Shown piece after piece: positions 1 through 10,214 of a DNA stretch of 64,000 bases (position 1 is its first letter; every line of letters starts with the position of its first letter). A program made the position numbers and the translations under genes. Origin of the DNA: Candidatus Saccharimonadota bacterium. GTDB lineage: Bacteria; Patescibacteriota; Saccharimonadia; Saccharimonadales; CAIOMD01. Where the stretch lies: the NCBI GenBank assembly GCA_031973215.1, contig DALYDK010000004.1, positions 12,019-76,018 on the forward strand. Direction: 5' to 3'. The notes beneath the pieces are model-generated. The model had not been told where the DNA came from. It worked only from the letters and a program-made list of their open reading frames with translations, and made no database searches.

Positions 1-474
1 TTCCATTCTCTTTTGCTTAAAATTCCAGTAGTCAAGGACATTGTAACCAAGATTGCAGTTGCCCGTTTTGCAAGAACATTCTCAAGCTTGCTTTCATCGG
101 GTGTTAGTGTGCTTGAAGCTATTAAAGTTACTTCAGGGGCCATTGGAAATAAGGTTATAGAAAAAGAACTGAATGAAGCAGCCAAGGCGGTACAGGGTGG
201 GCATCAACTATCGGATCCCATACTTCAAAGTAAACATTTCCCAAAAATAGTTGGACAAATGCTTGCCATAGGTGAAGAAACAGGAGAAATCGATCAAATC
301 CTTGTTAAAGTAGCTGATTTTTACGAAGAAGAAGTCGAAACTATGATAGACGGGCTGAGTTCAATAATTGAGCCTGTTATGATTGTTACGCTAGGTGGAA
401 TGGTGGGTCTACTTGCCGCTTCGGTAATGGGCCCATTGGCATCGGTTGGCAACAGTATAAGTGCTGATTCTTAA
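1..474 (+). CDS. pilC: type IV pilus platform protein PilC/GspF family, C-terminal part (5' end outside window)
   Basis: Frame is open from base 1 (the track starts it at 13). GspF-type C-terminal repeat (IGEETGEIDQIL, FYEEEVE, EPVMIV.LG). Lies directly upstream of the pilin genes. Confidence 0.85.
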   Translation, partial: FHSLLLKIPVVKDIVTKIAVARFARTFSSLLSSGVSVLEAIKVTSGAIGNKVIEKELNEAAKAVQGGHQLSDPILQSKHFPKIVGQMLAIGEETGEIDQILVKVADFYEEEVETMIDGLSSIIEPVMIVTLGGMVGLLAASVMGPLASVGNSISADS

Positions 475-491
475 AAAACATCAAATAAATA

Positions 492-519
492 TTGACTGAA
501 TTGTAATTCTGTTTATAAT
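492..519 (+). promoter_or_regulatory. sigma70-type promoter of the major pilin gene
   Basis: TTGACT (492-497), 16-nt spacer, TATAAT (514-519), upstream of the pilin ATG at 603. Confidence 0.55.
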
Positions 520-527
520 CATAAGCA

Positions 528-557
528 AGATACATACTCTAAAAGGTATGTGTATCT
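528..557 (+). other. stem-loop in the pilin 5' UTR
   Basis: AGATACATAC (528-537) pairs with GTATGTGTATCT (546-557) with a 2-nt bulge. Lies between the promoter and the AGGAGG at 584-589. Confidence 0.45.
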
Positions 558-602
558 GGTAAAAATAAGAAAATAACATAACTAGGAGGGTGGGCATACA
601 CT

Positions 603-1049
603 ATGACCTCACGAAAACTTAAACAATCTGGTTTTACAATTGTAGAACTATTAATTGTTATAGTCATTATCGGTATCTTAGCTGCTATCGGTTTTGTTAG
701 CTATAGCAACGCAACAAAAAAAGCAAGGGACACAGAAAGAGAAAGCGATGTAAAAGCAATCGCAGCTAAAGCAGAAGAATACTATGCATCTGACGCTACA
801 AACGCAGGTACATACCCAGCAGACTGTGCTACTCTTCAGGGATTAAGCGGTCTAACAGCCGACACTTTCCACGCACCAAAGGGTGCTGCTGGAGCTAACT
901 GTGCAGCCACAGGTACACCTGCTTCTAACAATGACATCTATGTTTATGCTTTAAGCACAACATCAGGTCAACCAAAGTTTACTATTACTTACTTTAGCGA
1001 ATCAGGTAACGCTACTAAGGTATACAACTCAACAGAGAAAAATCCCTAG
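603..1049 (+). CDS. major type IV pilin (prepilin with class III signal)
   Basis: N-terminus KQSGFTIVELLIVIVIIGILAAI matches the G|FTxxE cleavage/methylation motif plus hydrophobic helix. Small size, own promoter and own terminator. Confidence 0.85.
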   Translation: MTSRKLKQSGFTIVELLIVIVIIGILAAIGFVSYSNATKKARDTERESDVKAIAAKAEEYYASDATNAGTYPADCATLQGLSGLTADTFHAPKGAAGANCAATGTPASNNDIYVYALSTTSGQPKFTITYFSESGNATKVYNSTEKNP

Positions 1050-1076
1050 TAATTAGATCAGAATAAGAACTACTTT

Positions 1077-1103
1077 AAAAACCCCTCGAACAGAGGGGTT
1101 TTT
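1077..1103 (+). terminator. rho-independent terminator after the pilin gene
   Basis: AAAAACCCCTC / GAGGGGTTTTT hairpin with GAACA loop and T-run. Confidence 0.8.
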
Positions 1104-1148
1104 AAGAATTAATAAAAACTTTGCTTATGTTAAAATATAGTTACAACT

Positions 1149-2708
1149 ATGAAACACAAAGGTGGGAAAAAACAAAAAGGATTCACCATTCTAGAGGTGT
1201 TAATTGGAATGGTAATTATTGCCGTTTTAATTGTAAGCGCCGCTAGCACATATATTGCTCTACAATCATCTGCGGCTTTAGCTAGGCATAAATCCATAGG
1301 GACGGAACTTGCTACGAACAAAATTGAATACCTAAAAGCCCTACCCTATGACAACCTTGCAGTCTCCGGTGGAGCAATATACCACCCCTCCCCCCTACCT
1401 GCATCGGAAACAAAATCTATAAATGGCTACACCTATACTATTAAAACCAGCATAAATTACATAGACGATGCCTATGATGGTTGTGGAAATTATGCAAACC
1501 AAACCATTAAAGAATCGCTATGCCGCAACTACCCTCCTCCAGCTGGTGCTCCAAATACCGATCTTAACCCAGCAGACTATAAAATTGCCAATGTAAAAGT
1601 TTACGGTTATAACAATAAAAAATTTGCTGAACTCGATACACAAATAGCTGCAAGAGTTGCCGAAACTGACAGCACAACCGGCGCCCTAAGCGTAAGCGTA
1701 ATGGACGATAGCGGAAATCCAATTTCTGGTGCAACAGTTCAGGCGGTGAATAACACAGTGTCGCCTAATGTACTGGTTACCGACAGTACGGACGCAAACG
1801 GAAACGCAATATTCTACGGCCTACCTCCAGATAGTAATACCGATTACGTCATAAGTGCATCGAAAAACGGATATAGCTCCCTTTCAACTATTGCTTCCAG
1901 TGGATCTTTGAGCGCTACTTACCCTAGTCAAGCAATTTTTAGTCAGACTGGCTCGAATGTCACTCTTGTTTTAAGACCAATGACAACTAATAGCCTTGCC
2001 CTTGCTACCGTAGATACAAATGGCAATCCATTAAGTGGCGTCAAAGTTGCAATAAAAGGTGGTTACAAAAAGTATCAAGATACTACAAATACAGAATATT
2101 ATTATAATAATCAAAGCCCATCTGATATTAGGCCAACTTCAGACGCAAGTGGATTAATATTTGTTCAAAATCTTGTTCCTGGAGAATATATTGTTTGTGG
2201 TGATTCCGGTAATAGTGGTTGCAACATTGGTGGCACAAACTACATAGTTGCCGCAGCGGTGGCCAACCAATCTGACCATTCGTTTAACCCCATGAGTGTT
2301 CCATCCTTTACTTCAAGCAGTCCACTTTATAGTGGATACAGTCAACTTATAAGACTCATTCTGACAACCAGCACTGCCTTTCCAACAATAAAATCAATTA
2401 CTCCATCGCAAGTTGATCAAGCAAATGTAAGCAATTTTCATTTCATGCTGGAGGGAACAAACTTGACATGCTATTCACAAGGTAATGGATGCCCAACCAC
2501 CGTAAGACTCCGTGAGCAAGGAGGGCCAACGGCAACAGCAACAAATTGCTATGACGACGAAAATACATCAGGAGTAAAAATGGAATGTGATATCGACCTT
2601 TCCAACATGACTGCAGGCATGAAATATCTTGAAATAGCAAACGGTGGCGGGACTTTATCTATCCCATTCTGGGCAGACGCAAAAGGGGGTGTTGGTGTAT
2701 CGCTCTAA
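1149..2708 (+). CDS. large pilin-like protein (prepilin N-terminus plus beta-sandwich repeat passenger), candidate minor pilin or adhesin
   Basis: N-terminus KQKGFTILEVLIGMVIIAVL (G|FTxxE). Two carboxypeptidase-regulatory-like modules (VMDDSGNPISGATVQAV, TVDTNGNPLSGVKVAIK). Confidence 0.7.
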   Translation: MKHKGGKKQKGFTILEVLIGMVIIAVLIVSAASTYIALQSSAALARHKSIGTELATNKIEYLKALPYDNLAVSGGAIYHPSPLPASETKSINGYTYTIKTSINYIDDAYDGCGNYANQTIKESLCRNYPPPAGAPNTDLNPADYKIANVKVYGYNNKKFAELDTQIAARVAETDSTTGALSVSVMDDSGNPISGATVQAVNNTVSPNVLVTDSTDANGNAIFYGLPPDSNTDYVISASKNGYSSLSTIASSGSLSATYPSQAIFSQTGSNVTLVLRPMTTNSLALATVDTNGNPLSGVKVAIKGGYKKYQDTTNTEYYYNNQSPSDIRPTSDASGLIFVQNLVPGEYIVCGDSGNSGCNIGGTNYIVAAAVANQSDHSFNPMSVPSFTSSSPLYSGYSQLIRLILTTSTAFPTIKSITPSQVDQANVSNFHFMLEGTNLTCYSQGNGCPTTVRLREQGGPTATATNCYDDENTSGVKMECDIDLSNMTAGMKYLEIANGGGTLSIPFWADAKGGVGVSL

Positions 2709-3300
2709 TAGACAGCAAGGCTTTACAATTACTGAACTCATTATGGTTCTAGCGACTGCAGCTATTTTAGTAACTGCTTTAATCGGGTTTTTTAACGGAA
2801 ATATCAATCAATATTTTAGACTCCAGGCTGATGGCCTTGCCTATAGTGAAATTACCCAAAATACACAAAGAGTTGCAAAAGTAATTAGAGGCCTAAAGTA
2901 TATAGAGGTTGCTGAACAAGATAGAATTGTTGGATACTCATATTTTGCGCCATCAGAGCAATACACATCTAAAATAACTTATGAACTAGTTAATGGAAAT
3001 ACAAAAATGCAAGCAACAGTTATTCCTATGACTGCAGACTACCCTTTGGGTACGCTAATTACCGGGCAGACTCGAACAGTAACAATTATTAACAATTTTT
3101 ATAAAATAACTGGCGTAAACACCTTTGAATATCTAGACGCTTCCGGAAACACTATGGCTTTCCCAATTGATTCAGCAAATATAAATTCAATAAAAAGCGT
3201 TCGGATCAAACTCAATGTTAAAGGCTACCAAACAAATTCAAATAATGTTATTAGTAATGAAGTTGTAGTGAACCTAAGAAACAGAAAGACTAATTTATGA
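2695..3300 (+). CDS. minor pilin-like protein (prepilin N-terminal domain)
   Basis: QQGFTITELIMVLATAAILV motif. The track starts at GTG 2644 inside the upstream gene. GTG 2695, 5 nt after AAGGGGG, gives a typical 8-aa leader; the start is uncertain (2644/2689/2692/2695). Confidence 0.65.
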   Translation: MYRSNRQQGFTITELIMVLATAAILVTALIGFFNGNINQYFRLQADGLAYSEITQNTQRVAKVIRGLKYIEVAEQDRIVGYSYFAPSEQYTSKITYELVNGNTKMQATVIPMTADYPLGTLITGQTRTVTIINNFYKITGVNTFEYLDASGNTMAFPIDSANINSIKSVRIKLNVKGYQTNSNNVISNEVVVNLRNRKTNL

Positions 3301-4883
3301 GAATGAAGCATCAAATACAAGATGGATTTATTATTGCTTGGGTTATTTCATTAATGCTAGCACTGGCATTCGTTATTACGGCTGCTCTGAGTGTTATATA
3401 TCTTAACCTTGGTAATGCTGTCCGAAATAATCAAAGCCAGTTAGCATTCAACATCGCTGACGCTGGCATAAACTACTACCTTTGGCACCTAAACCATGAC
3501 TCGGCCGACTTTAAAGACGGCAACACATCAGCAACTGTAATATCTAGTGGTAAATACAGTGGCTATTACGGTCCTTTTGAACATAATTATAAAGATGATA
3601 ACGGCAATGTTGTTGGCAAATATATCTTATACGTCAAACCAAAAACTGCTGGCTCAACAATCGGAGAAATTATTTCAATAGGTAAAACAAGTGACGGCAA
3701 AGCTACTAGAACTGTCCAAGCAGATCTAGGGGCTCCATCATTTGCAACGTATGGACTTGCTACAGCCGGTATGACTTGGTTTGGAGCTAATGAATCGGCT
3801 GACGGAAAAATACACTCTAATGTTGGTATAAGAATGGATGGTGCGAGTAACTCAGATGTAACTAGCGCCCGCTCAACATATGTACCTTCTTCGTCCCTGG
3901 GTGGAAATGGCTCTACAAGCAGACCAGGAGTGTGGTGTAGCACTAGCGTCACCACGCCAGTAAATTGCAATACTCGTTCAAAAACAGACTGGCGATACCC
4001 TGTGCCAACAATTGATTTTGCAGCCATTGTCGGAGATAGATGTGAACTCAAAAAAACTGCATTTATGGCCGACGCCAGCACTCAGGCATATGCTAGCGGC
4101 ACCACTCCTTGCTCTAATGTCCCAAACGTTAGAACTGCATCATATATCCCAAGATATAATTCATCAGGTGCATTTAGTGCAACTACAGGCTATTTAATAG
4201 AACTAAATAACAACAATACTTATAATTTATCTAGGGTTACAAATGAAACTTACACCTATAGTAGCGCTACTAACTATACAAATCCGTATACATCTGCATT
4301 ATCTAGAACCAGTGTTGCAACAAATATTCCCATTCCCGCAGAAGGTGTCATATTTGTAGAAGATAACCTGTGGGTTAGAAGCAATACTCAATTTAGAGGA
4401 AGAGTAACCATTGTTGCAGCCAGGCAAGCCGATTCAAACACGGCTAATATTATCGCAGCTGATGATATTGAATATTCGACAAAAAATGGACAGGATGTAT
4501 TAGGGCTAATTGCCGAGGGTAGCTTCTTAATTGCACCATATGCACCTCCCAAGCCAGATGCGGCAACCAGTAATTTTCCATTTAAAATACATGCAGCAAT
4601 AATCGCCGGAGGAGATGTTAGGTTTCCGTCTAGCTATATGACAAGAAGCGTTACCGAATGGACAACTAGCACAAGGCGCATGGAATATTTTGGGTCAATA
4701 GGCATGACTAACGAAAGCGGAGTATGGACTTGGTCTACAAGCTCTGGAAGTTCTACAGTAGCTGGGTTCCAGTACAACACAACAAGCTATGACTATAACC
4801 TGCTGTACGCCCCACCCCCACACTTCCCAATAACCGATACCTACAACATACTCAATTGGCGCGAAAAACTAACTACACCATAA
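3297..4883 (+). CDS. large pilus-associated protein with PilX-N-like hydrophobic N-terminus
   Basis: N-terminus QDGFIIAWVISLMLALAFVITAAL followed by a 500-aa Ser/Thr/Asn-rich extracellular region. 4-nt overlap with the upstream pilin-like gene. Confidence 0.55.
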   Translation: MRMKHQIQDGFIIAWVISLMLALAFVITAALSVIYLNLGNAVRNNQSQLAFNIADAGINYYLWHLNHDSADFKDGNTSATVISSGKYSGYYGPFEHNYKDDNGNVVGKYILYVKPKTAGSTIGEIISIGKTSDGKATRTVQADLGAPSFATYGLATAGMTWFGANESADGKIHSNVGIRMDGASNSDVTSARSTYVPSSSLGGNGSTSRPGVWCSTSVTTPVNCNTRSKTDWRYPVPTIDFAAIVGDRCELKKTAFMADASTQAYASGTTPCSNVPNVRTASYIPRYNSSGAFSATTGYLIELNNNNTYNLSRVTNETYTYSSATNYTNPYTSALSRTSVATNIPIPAEGVIFVEDNLWVRSNTQFRGRVTIVAARQADSNTANIIAADDIEYSTKNGQDVLGLIAEGSFLIAPYAPPKPDAATSNFPFKIHAAIIAGGDVRFPSSYMTRSVTEWTTSTRRMEYFGSIGMTNESGVWTWSTSSGSSTVAGFQYNTTSYDYNLLYAPPPHFPITDTYNILNWREKLTTP

Positions 4884-4923
4884 GGCGGTATGGTAAAATA
4901 AACCATAAGGATTAAAAATACAA

Positions 4924-5985
4924 ATGAGCGTGGGAAATATATATACAGACAAGCCATCATTCGGCCTTGATATTGGTTCTAGCACCATTAAAGTTATGCA
5001 GATAGATAGCCAGAAAAATAACCTTAAAATTACTGGCTATGGAGCTGTAAGCTTTGAGCCCAAAATTATGGACAATGGCATTATAGTTGACCTTGAGGGC
5101 ATGGCCAAAGCAATAAAGAGCTTATTCGATAATCACTTAATAGGAAAAATCACCACTAAAAGAGTTGCCATGTCACTGCCTACTAGCCGCACTTATAGTC
5201 GGGTACTCACACTGCCAAAGCTTTCGAAAAAAGAGCTACAAGAAGCTATTAAGCTAGAGGCTGAACAGTACATTCCCGTTCCAATTGACGATTTATATAT
5301 AGATTTTGAGAATGTAGGTATAAGCGGCGAAAACTATGACTACTTTATGGTAGCTATTCCCAAAGCCATAGTAGACTCATACATGCAATTAGCAGAGATA
5401 TTAGGCATAGAAGTGTCTGTACTGGAAACAACAATGAATGCTTCTAGTAGGCTAGTATCTCAGGCAGAAGAAATAAATAGCGCATCTTTATTCATTGATT
5501 TTGGTTCAGTTTCTGCAGATCTCACAATATACGACGGAAAACCAATTGTAACTGGTACGGTTCCCGGCGGTGGAGCAACTTTTACTAATATTATTGCCCA
5601 AAAATTAAATGTTAACGAAAGAGTCGCAACAACTATAAAAAGTAAGTATGGACTTGGGGTGTCTAAAAAACAAAAAGAAATAAACGAAGCTCTCAAACCA
5701 GCACTAAATACACTTATTAAAGAAGTTAAAAAAATGCTCCGTTATTATGAAGATAAAACTGCCGGAAAAAGAAGCATAAAACAAATTGTTACGCTGGGCG
5801 GAGGCGCTAACATGCCCGGTCTAAACGACTATCTAACCTCTGAGCTTAGAATGCCCACAAGGATGTGCCACCCCTGGACTCATATTAGTTTTGGGAAACT
5901 TCAACCTACTAGCGATGTTGAGAAAACTATGTATGTAACAGTTGCCGGTCTTGCACTTATTGACCCTAAGGAGATATGGAAATGA
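4924..5985 (+). CDS. pilM: type IV pilus assembly protein PilM (actin-like ATPase fold)
   Basis: GLDIGSSTIKVMQI ... ID(F)GS..ADLTIY ... LGGGANMPGL pattern of the PilM/FtsA-like family. Followed by pilN/pilO-like genes. Confidence 0.85.
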   Translation: MSVGNIYTDKPSFGLDIGSSTIKVMQIDSQKNNLKITGYGAVSFEPKIMDNGIIVDLEGMAKAIKSLFDNHLIGKITTKRVAMSLPTSRTYSRVLTLPKLSKKELQEAIKLEAEQYIPVPIDDLYIDFENVGISGENYDYFMVAIPKAIVDSYMQLAEILGIEVSVLETTMNASSRLVSQAEEINSASLFIDFGSVSADLTIYDGKPIVTGTVPGGGATFTNIIAQKLNVNERVATTIKSKYGLGVSKKQKEINEALKPALNTLIKEVKKMLRYYEDKTAGKRSIKQIVTLGGGANMPGLNDYLTSELRMPTRMCHPWTHISFGKLQPTSDVEKTMYVTVAGLALIDPKEIWK

Positions 5986-6581
5986 TAAATCTCCTACCGT
6001 ATGACTACAAAGAGCAAATTTTATATGCCAGAAAAAATAGGCAACTAGTTAAATGGAGTGTAGCCCTAGGCATTGCAATGTTTATAGTAATCGCCGTATC
6101 AGCCATTGGTACTATTTTTCTATACAAAACAACAAAAGATTACGAAAAGATAGTTTCTACAAATAAAAGCTCTTTAGAGGAAAAAAACCTAGAAGCAGAA
6201 TATAAAGACATGGAAAAACTTTCTGCCAACTTTAAAACAGTTGTTGACATAGCTAGCCAACAACTTATTTATTCACGAATACTTAAGGCCATTGCTCCCC
6301 TGCTGCCCGCAGACACCGAACTAAATGGCCTAGAGCTCACCCAAGGACAAAGCGGTGTAGAGATTAAAATTAATGGCGCTAGTCAAGAAACCCTAACTCA
6401 GGCATTTATAAACCTTTCATCTAAAAACAATGGTATTTTTGAAAAGGCAGATTTTAATAATGTTAGCTGTAAAGAGATAAGTACTAGCACAGAACAACAG
6501 TATCCATGTACGGCCAGTATAAAGGGGCTTCTAGCTAAGAACTCTAGCTTCTACTTTATAAATTCAGGCGGTAAACAGTAA
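5976..6581 (+). CDS. pilN: PilN-like pilus assembly protein
   Basis: INLLPYDYKE start, single N-terminal TM segment. 10-nt overlap with pilM. Confidence 0.65.
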   Translation: MEMINLLPYDYKEQILYARKNRQLVKWSVALGIAMFIVIAVSAIGTIFLYKTTKDYEKIVSTNKSSLEEKNLEAEYKDMEKLSANFKTVVDIASQQLIYSRILKAIAPLLPADTELNGLELTQGQSGVEIKINGASQETLTQAFINLSSKNNGIFEKADFNNVSCKEISTSTEQQYPCTASIKGLLAKNSSFYFINSGGKQ

Positions 6582-7189
6582 TGAATGCTAAAAAAGTATA
6601 CATCTCGTTAATTGTAATTATAGTACTGCTTGTAATAGCTACAGCCGGTGTATTTTACGGTGCAAACGTTATGCTTAAAAAAAGCTCGACAAAATTAAGT
6701 CAGCTAAAAGTTGAAAACGCAGTTTTAGAACAAAATGAAAAGGTTTACCAAAAAGCTAAAAATGATCTTCTTAAATACGAAGACCTTAAAAATGCGGTAG
6801 ATGAAGCATTGCCAAAAGAAAAAGATCAGGCAAAGGCTTTGAAAGAACTGATTCAAATTGCATCTACAACTGGAGTAAAAATTGAAAAAATAGAATTCAC
6901 AGACTCTACCCTTGGCGATAAAGCAAAAGCCACAGGAAGCAACCCTAGCGCCGCAAGTTCAGCAGTAACCCAGGCTAAGCCAATAGCCGGAATATCAGGC
7001 GTACAGGGTATTGAAATGAAAATTACGCTTGCTGGACCTAATGATAAAACTTCAATAAATTATAATAGTTTTATAAATTTCCTTGATTTAGTTAGCAATA
7101 ATCGCAGAAGCATGCAAATTTCTAACTTAAATATTCAACCGAATTTAAAAAAAGCAGATTTAACAATTAACATATTTGTAAAGCCATGA
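6581..7189 (+). CDS. pilO: PilO-like pilus assembly protein
   Basis: N-terminal TM segment plus coiled coil. The start abuts the pilN stop. The call rests on position and architecture. Confidence 0.5.
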   Translation: MNAKKVYISLIVIIVLLVIATAGVFYGANVMLKKSSTKLSQLKVENAVLEQNEKVYQKAKNDLLKYEDLKNAVDEALPKEKDQAKALKELIQIASTTGVKIEKIEFTDSTLGDKAKATGSNPSAASSAVTQAKPIAGISGVQGIEMKITLAGPNDKTSINYNSFINFLDLVSNNRRSMQISNLNIQPNLKKADLTINIFVKP

Positions 7190-7470
7190 ATGATATATTA
7201 GAAAACTTAAATAAATACCTAGACCCAATTAAAAATTTTTTTGATAAGTACCTAGCTTACATATATTTTGCAATCGTTGCCGCAATGGTTGGATTTATTA
7301 TGATTAGAGTCAGTTCTTTAATTAACTCAGATCCAAGCATCCAACAAGAAACTACGGTAAAAATTATCAACATTAACTCGGATCAAGCCGAAAAAATTCG
7401 TGGACTTCAGGATTTAAATATTGACGCAAGCCCCAACGCTAACGCTGGTAGGGAAAATCCATTTCAGTAA
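7186..7470 (+). CDS. small single-TM protein, last gene of the pilus operon
   Basis: 4-nt overlap with the pilO-like gene; one TM helix; no recognisable family. Confidence 0.4.
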   Translation: MNDILENLNKYLDPIKNFFDKYLAYIYFAIVAAMVGFIMIRVSSLINSDPSIQQETTVKIININSDQAEKIRGLQDLNIDASPNANAGRENPFQ

Positions 7471-8113
7471 CCATTACTTTGTTCAGTAACTTGTCTTCTT
7501 CGGGGTATTCATAGTGCATAGGCTTAAGGCTATTTCTATAGCTTCCTGCTTGGCCTGTCGAAATCAAAAAATCGTCTTTGGCATCTAAAATAATTTTTGA
7601 AACTTTATTAGGATCCGGGCAATAACTAAAAACAAAATTTGCCTGTTCACCAGCTGTTTCTATTTTAACTGTTCCAAAATTGAATAAATTTGCGAAAAAA
7701 CCTTTTTGATGACTAGTAACATCTTCGACATTAGCAAGTGATATTTGGGATACCTTTCTGTTATATATGCCCTGCTGTAATACCTGTATTACGTTTCTAT
7801 CAGTAACAGTCAGTCTGGATTGTCTATAGACAAAAGTTGCTACGGCGATAATTAAACATAAAATTACAATACTAACAGAAGCAAAAAAAGCAACCACTGC
7901 ATAAGCTGTAGTACTGCCGAAAACTGTTGGTAATAACAGGCCAATTATTAACATAGCAACTATAAAGCTAACAAATGCGGCAACGAACATTATAATTAAA
8001 GCAAATGGATGCTGATAAGCAATAGCCAATATGTGCTCATTTTGGTCAATATTATCCATGGATCTGACTTCAGATGCATTTTTGTACTTCGGCCCAAAAA
8101 TTAGCTTATCCAT
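7439..8113 (-). CDS. membrane protein with bacterial PH (bPH_2/YdbT-like) domain
   Basis: Two TM helices, then LTVTDRNVIQ...GTVKIETAG, typical of bPH_2. Confidence 0.6.
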   Translation of the reverse strand: MDKLIFGPKYKNASEVRSMDNIDQNEHILAIAYQHPFALIIMFVAAFVSFIVAMLIIGLLLPTVFGSTTAYAVVAFFASVSIVILCLIIAVATFVYRQSRLTVTDRNVIQVLQQGIYNRKVSQISLANVEDVTSHQKGFFANLFNFGTVKIETAGEQANFVFSYCPDPNKVSKIILDAKDDFLISTGQAGSYRNSLKPMHYEYPEEDKLLNKVMVTEMDFPYQR

Positions 8114-8141
8114 TCCAAGCTCATTATAGCAATGAAAAAAT

Positions 8142-9149
8142 CTAAGAAATACTAGGATTTTTTTTGCCTAGATGCTTATAGGCCTTATGAGTAACTTTTC
8201 TACCCCTGGGTGTGCGCTCGATAAACCCAATTTGCATTAAATATGGTTCATAAAAATCTTCAACTGTAGATCTTTCATCGCCAAGAGATGCGGCTATGGT
8301 GTCAACACCTACGGGACCACCGCCATAATTATCAATAATAATTTCAAGTAGCATTCTATCGGACCTATCTAAACCTATTTCGTCTACCTCTAGTAAAGAA
8401 AGAGCCCTATCTGCCTGATTAGTATCAATAATTCCGTCGCCGTTTATATCAGCATAATCTCTCACTCTTTTAAGTAATCTGTTAGCTATTCTAGGAGTCA
8501 ACCTAGAACGGGTCGAAATCACATGGGCAGCTTCAGGCTTTATATCTATGCCTAATATATCAGAAGATCTGTGAAGGATTTTTGATATTTCATCAGTATT
8601 ATAAAATTCTAAACGATGTATTATTCCAAATCTATCTCTAAGTGGTGCCGCTAAAGAACCAGTTCTAGTTGTGGCTCCAATTATTGTAAATTGAGGCAAA
8701 TCTAGTCTTAGGCTCCTGGCGCTAGGACCTTTTCCTAGCATAATATCTAACTTGAAATCTTCCATTGCACTATAAAGAACTTCTTCGACTGATCGATTTA
8801 ACCTATGAATTTCATCAATAAACAGAATGTCACCATCTTGAAGATTTGTAAGTAAACTAGCTAGATCACCCGATCTTTCTATAGCCGGCCCACTAGTAAC
8901 TCTAATTTGTGCACCCATCTCATTAGCAATAACCGTAGCCATGGTTGTCTTACCTAAGCCCGGCGGACCATAAAGTAAAACATGATCTATCGGCTCTTGG
9001 CGTTTTTTTGCGGCGTCTATGGCAAGCTTAAGATTCTTTTTAAGGTTTTCTTGTCCAATATATTCACCAAAACTTTTTGGTCTTAGTGAATTTTCATTTT
9101 TTTCCTCCACCTCGTCACTGGGTCCAGGATTTACTATCCGCTCTATCAT
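8142..9149 (-). CDS. ruvB: Holliday junction branch migration helicase RuvB
   Basis: GPPGLGKTT Walker A, DEIHRL, and the C-terminal winged helix typical of RuvB. Confidence 0.95.
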   Translation of the reverse strand: MIERIVNPGPSDEVEEKNENSLRPKSFGEYIGQENLKKNLKLAIDAAKKRQEPIDHVLLYGPPGLGKTTMATVIANEMGAQIRVTSGPAIERSGDLASLLTNLQDGDILFIDEIHRLNRSVEEVLYSAMEDFKLDIMLGKGPSARSLRLDLPQFTIIGATTRTGSLAAPLRDRFGIIHRLEFYNTDEISKILHRSSDILGIDIKPEAAHVISTRSRLTPRIANRLLKRVRDYADINGDGIIDTNQADRALSLLEVDEIGLDRSDRMLLEIIIDNYGGGPVGVDTIAASLGDERSTVEDFYEPYLMQIGFIERTPRGRKVTHKAYKHLGKKNPSIS

Positions 9150-9730
9150 CTTGAATTGCTCCTAAGGACAGTTTTTATTTTTTCTTCAACAGACAGAGCA
9201 GGATCTAATTTAGACAATGCTTGCGTTGCGTCATAGGAGCTGTATCCCAAGGATACCAAAGCCTCAAAAGCCTCATCATTATTGGCAGAAAGCTCACTAA
9301 TAACAATATTGTCTGAATCAGATAATCCCTCAAATCCAATTTTATCCTTAAGATCTACAATTATTCTTTCCGCCACTCTCTTACCAACACCACTTGCTGC
9401 TTGGAGATACTTAATATTACCCTGAGATATTGCTTTTTTAATTTCTTGGGCACTACCTATATTCATAATTGAAACCGCCATTTTCGGCCCTACCCCATTG
9501 ACCGTTACAAGTTTTTCAAAAAAATGTTTTGTGTCGTTATCCAGAAAGCCAAACAGATCATGAGATTGCTCTCTTATATTTTCGTATATAAAAAGCTTAG
9601 CTTCTCCGCTTTGCTCAATATTATTTAGGTCATTTGTATTCATATATACCTGGTAACCGACCCCATTAACTAACAATACGACCGAGTCTAGATTTTTATT
9701 TTCTACAATTCCATGAAGCTGAACAATCAT
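9146..9730 (-). CDS. ruvA: Holliday junction DNA helicase subunit RuvA
   Basis: GVGYQV, VNGVGPK and HhH motifs. 4-nt overlap with ruvB. Confidence 0.9.
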   Translation of the reverse strand: MIVQLHGIVENKNLDSVVLLVNGVGYQVYMNTNDLNNIEQSGEAKLFIYENIREQSHDLFGFLDNDTKHFFEKLVTVNGVGPKMAVSIMNIGSAQEIKKAISQGNIKYLQAASGVGKRVAERIIVDLKDKIGFEGLSDSDNIVISELSANNDEAFEALVSLGYSSYDATQALSKLDPALSVEEKIKTVLRSNSR

Positions 9731-9743
9731 AACCTATAGTATA

Positions 9744-10214
9744 TCAGGGTCGCTGCATAGAGTGGGTTAAGGCAGCAGCCAATGCGTCCGCGCAATCATC
9801 TGGCTTGGGCCTTTCGCTTAAACCTAGCATTATTTTTACCATTTCTTGAATCTGAGATTTATCGGCTTGGCCATAACCAGTCAGCGCCTGTTTTATTTGC
9901 AGAGGCGTATATTCGGCAACTGGCACCCCCAAATTCGTCGCAGCAAGAAGCATAACCCCTCTAGCATGGCTAACACTTATGGCCGTGGTAACATTCCTGG
10001 CAAAAAATAATCTCTCAACCACCACAACATCGGGGTTGTTAGTTTTAATAATTTCAAGCAAAGAATCATAAATAGTCTTAAGTCTTAACTCCAAAGCCTG
10101 ATGAGCTGGAGTTCTAATAACCCCGGCTTCAATCATTTTGTGTTTATAGCCGTCTGTATCAATGACGCCAAAACCAACTATTCCGGTTCCAGGATCAATA
10201 CCCAGAACCCTCAC
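9744..10214 (-). CDS. ruvC: crossover junction endodeoxyribonuclease RuvC
   Basis: MRVLGIDPG..., VERLFF, ADA.A.AL catalytic pattern. Confidence 0.9.
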   Translation of the reverse strand: MRVLGIDPGTGIVGFGVIDTDGYKHKMIEAGVIRTPAHQALELRLKTIYDSLLEIIKTNNPDVVVVERLFFARNVTTAISVSHARGVMLLAATNLGVPVAEYTPLQIKQALTGYGQADKSQIQEMVKIMLGLSERPKPDDCADALAAALTHSMQRP

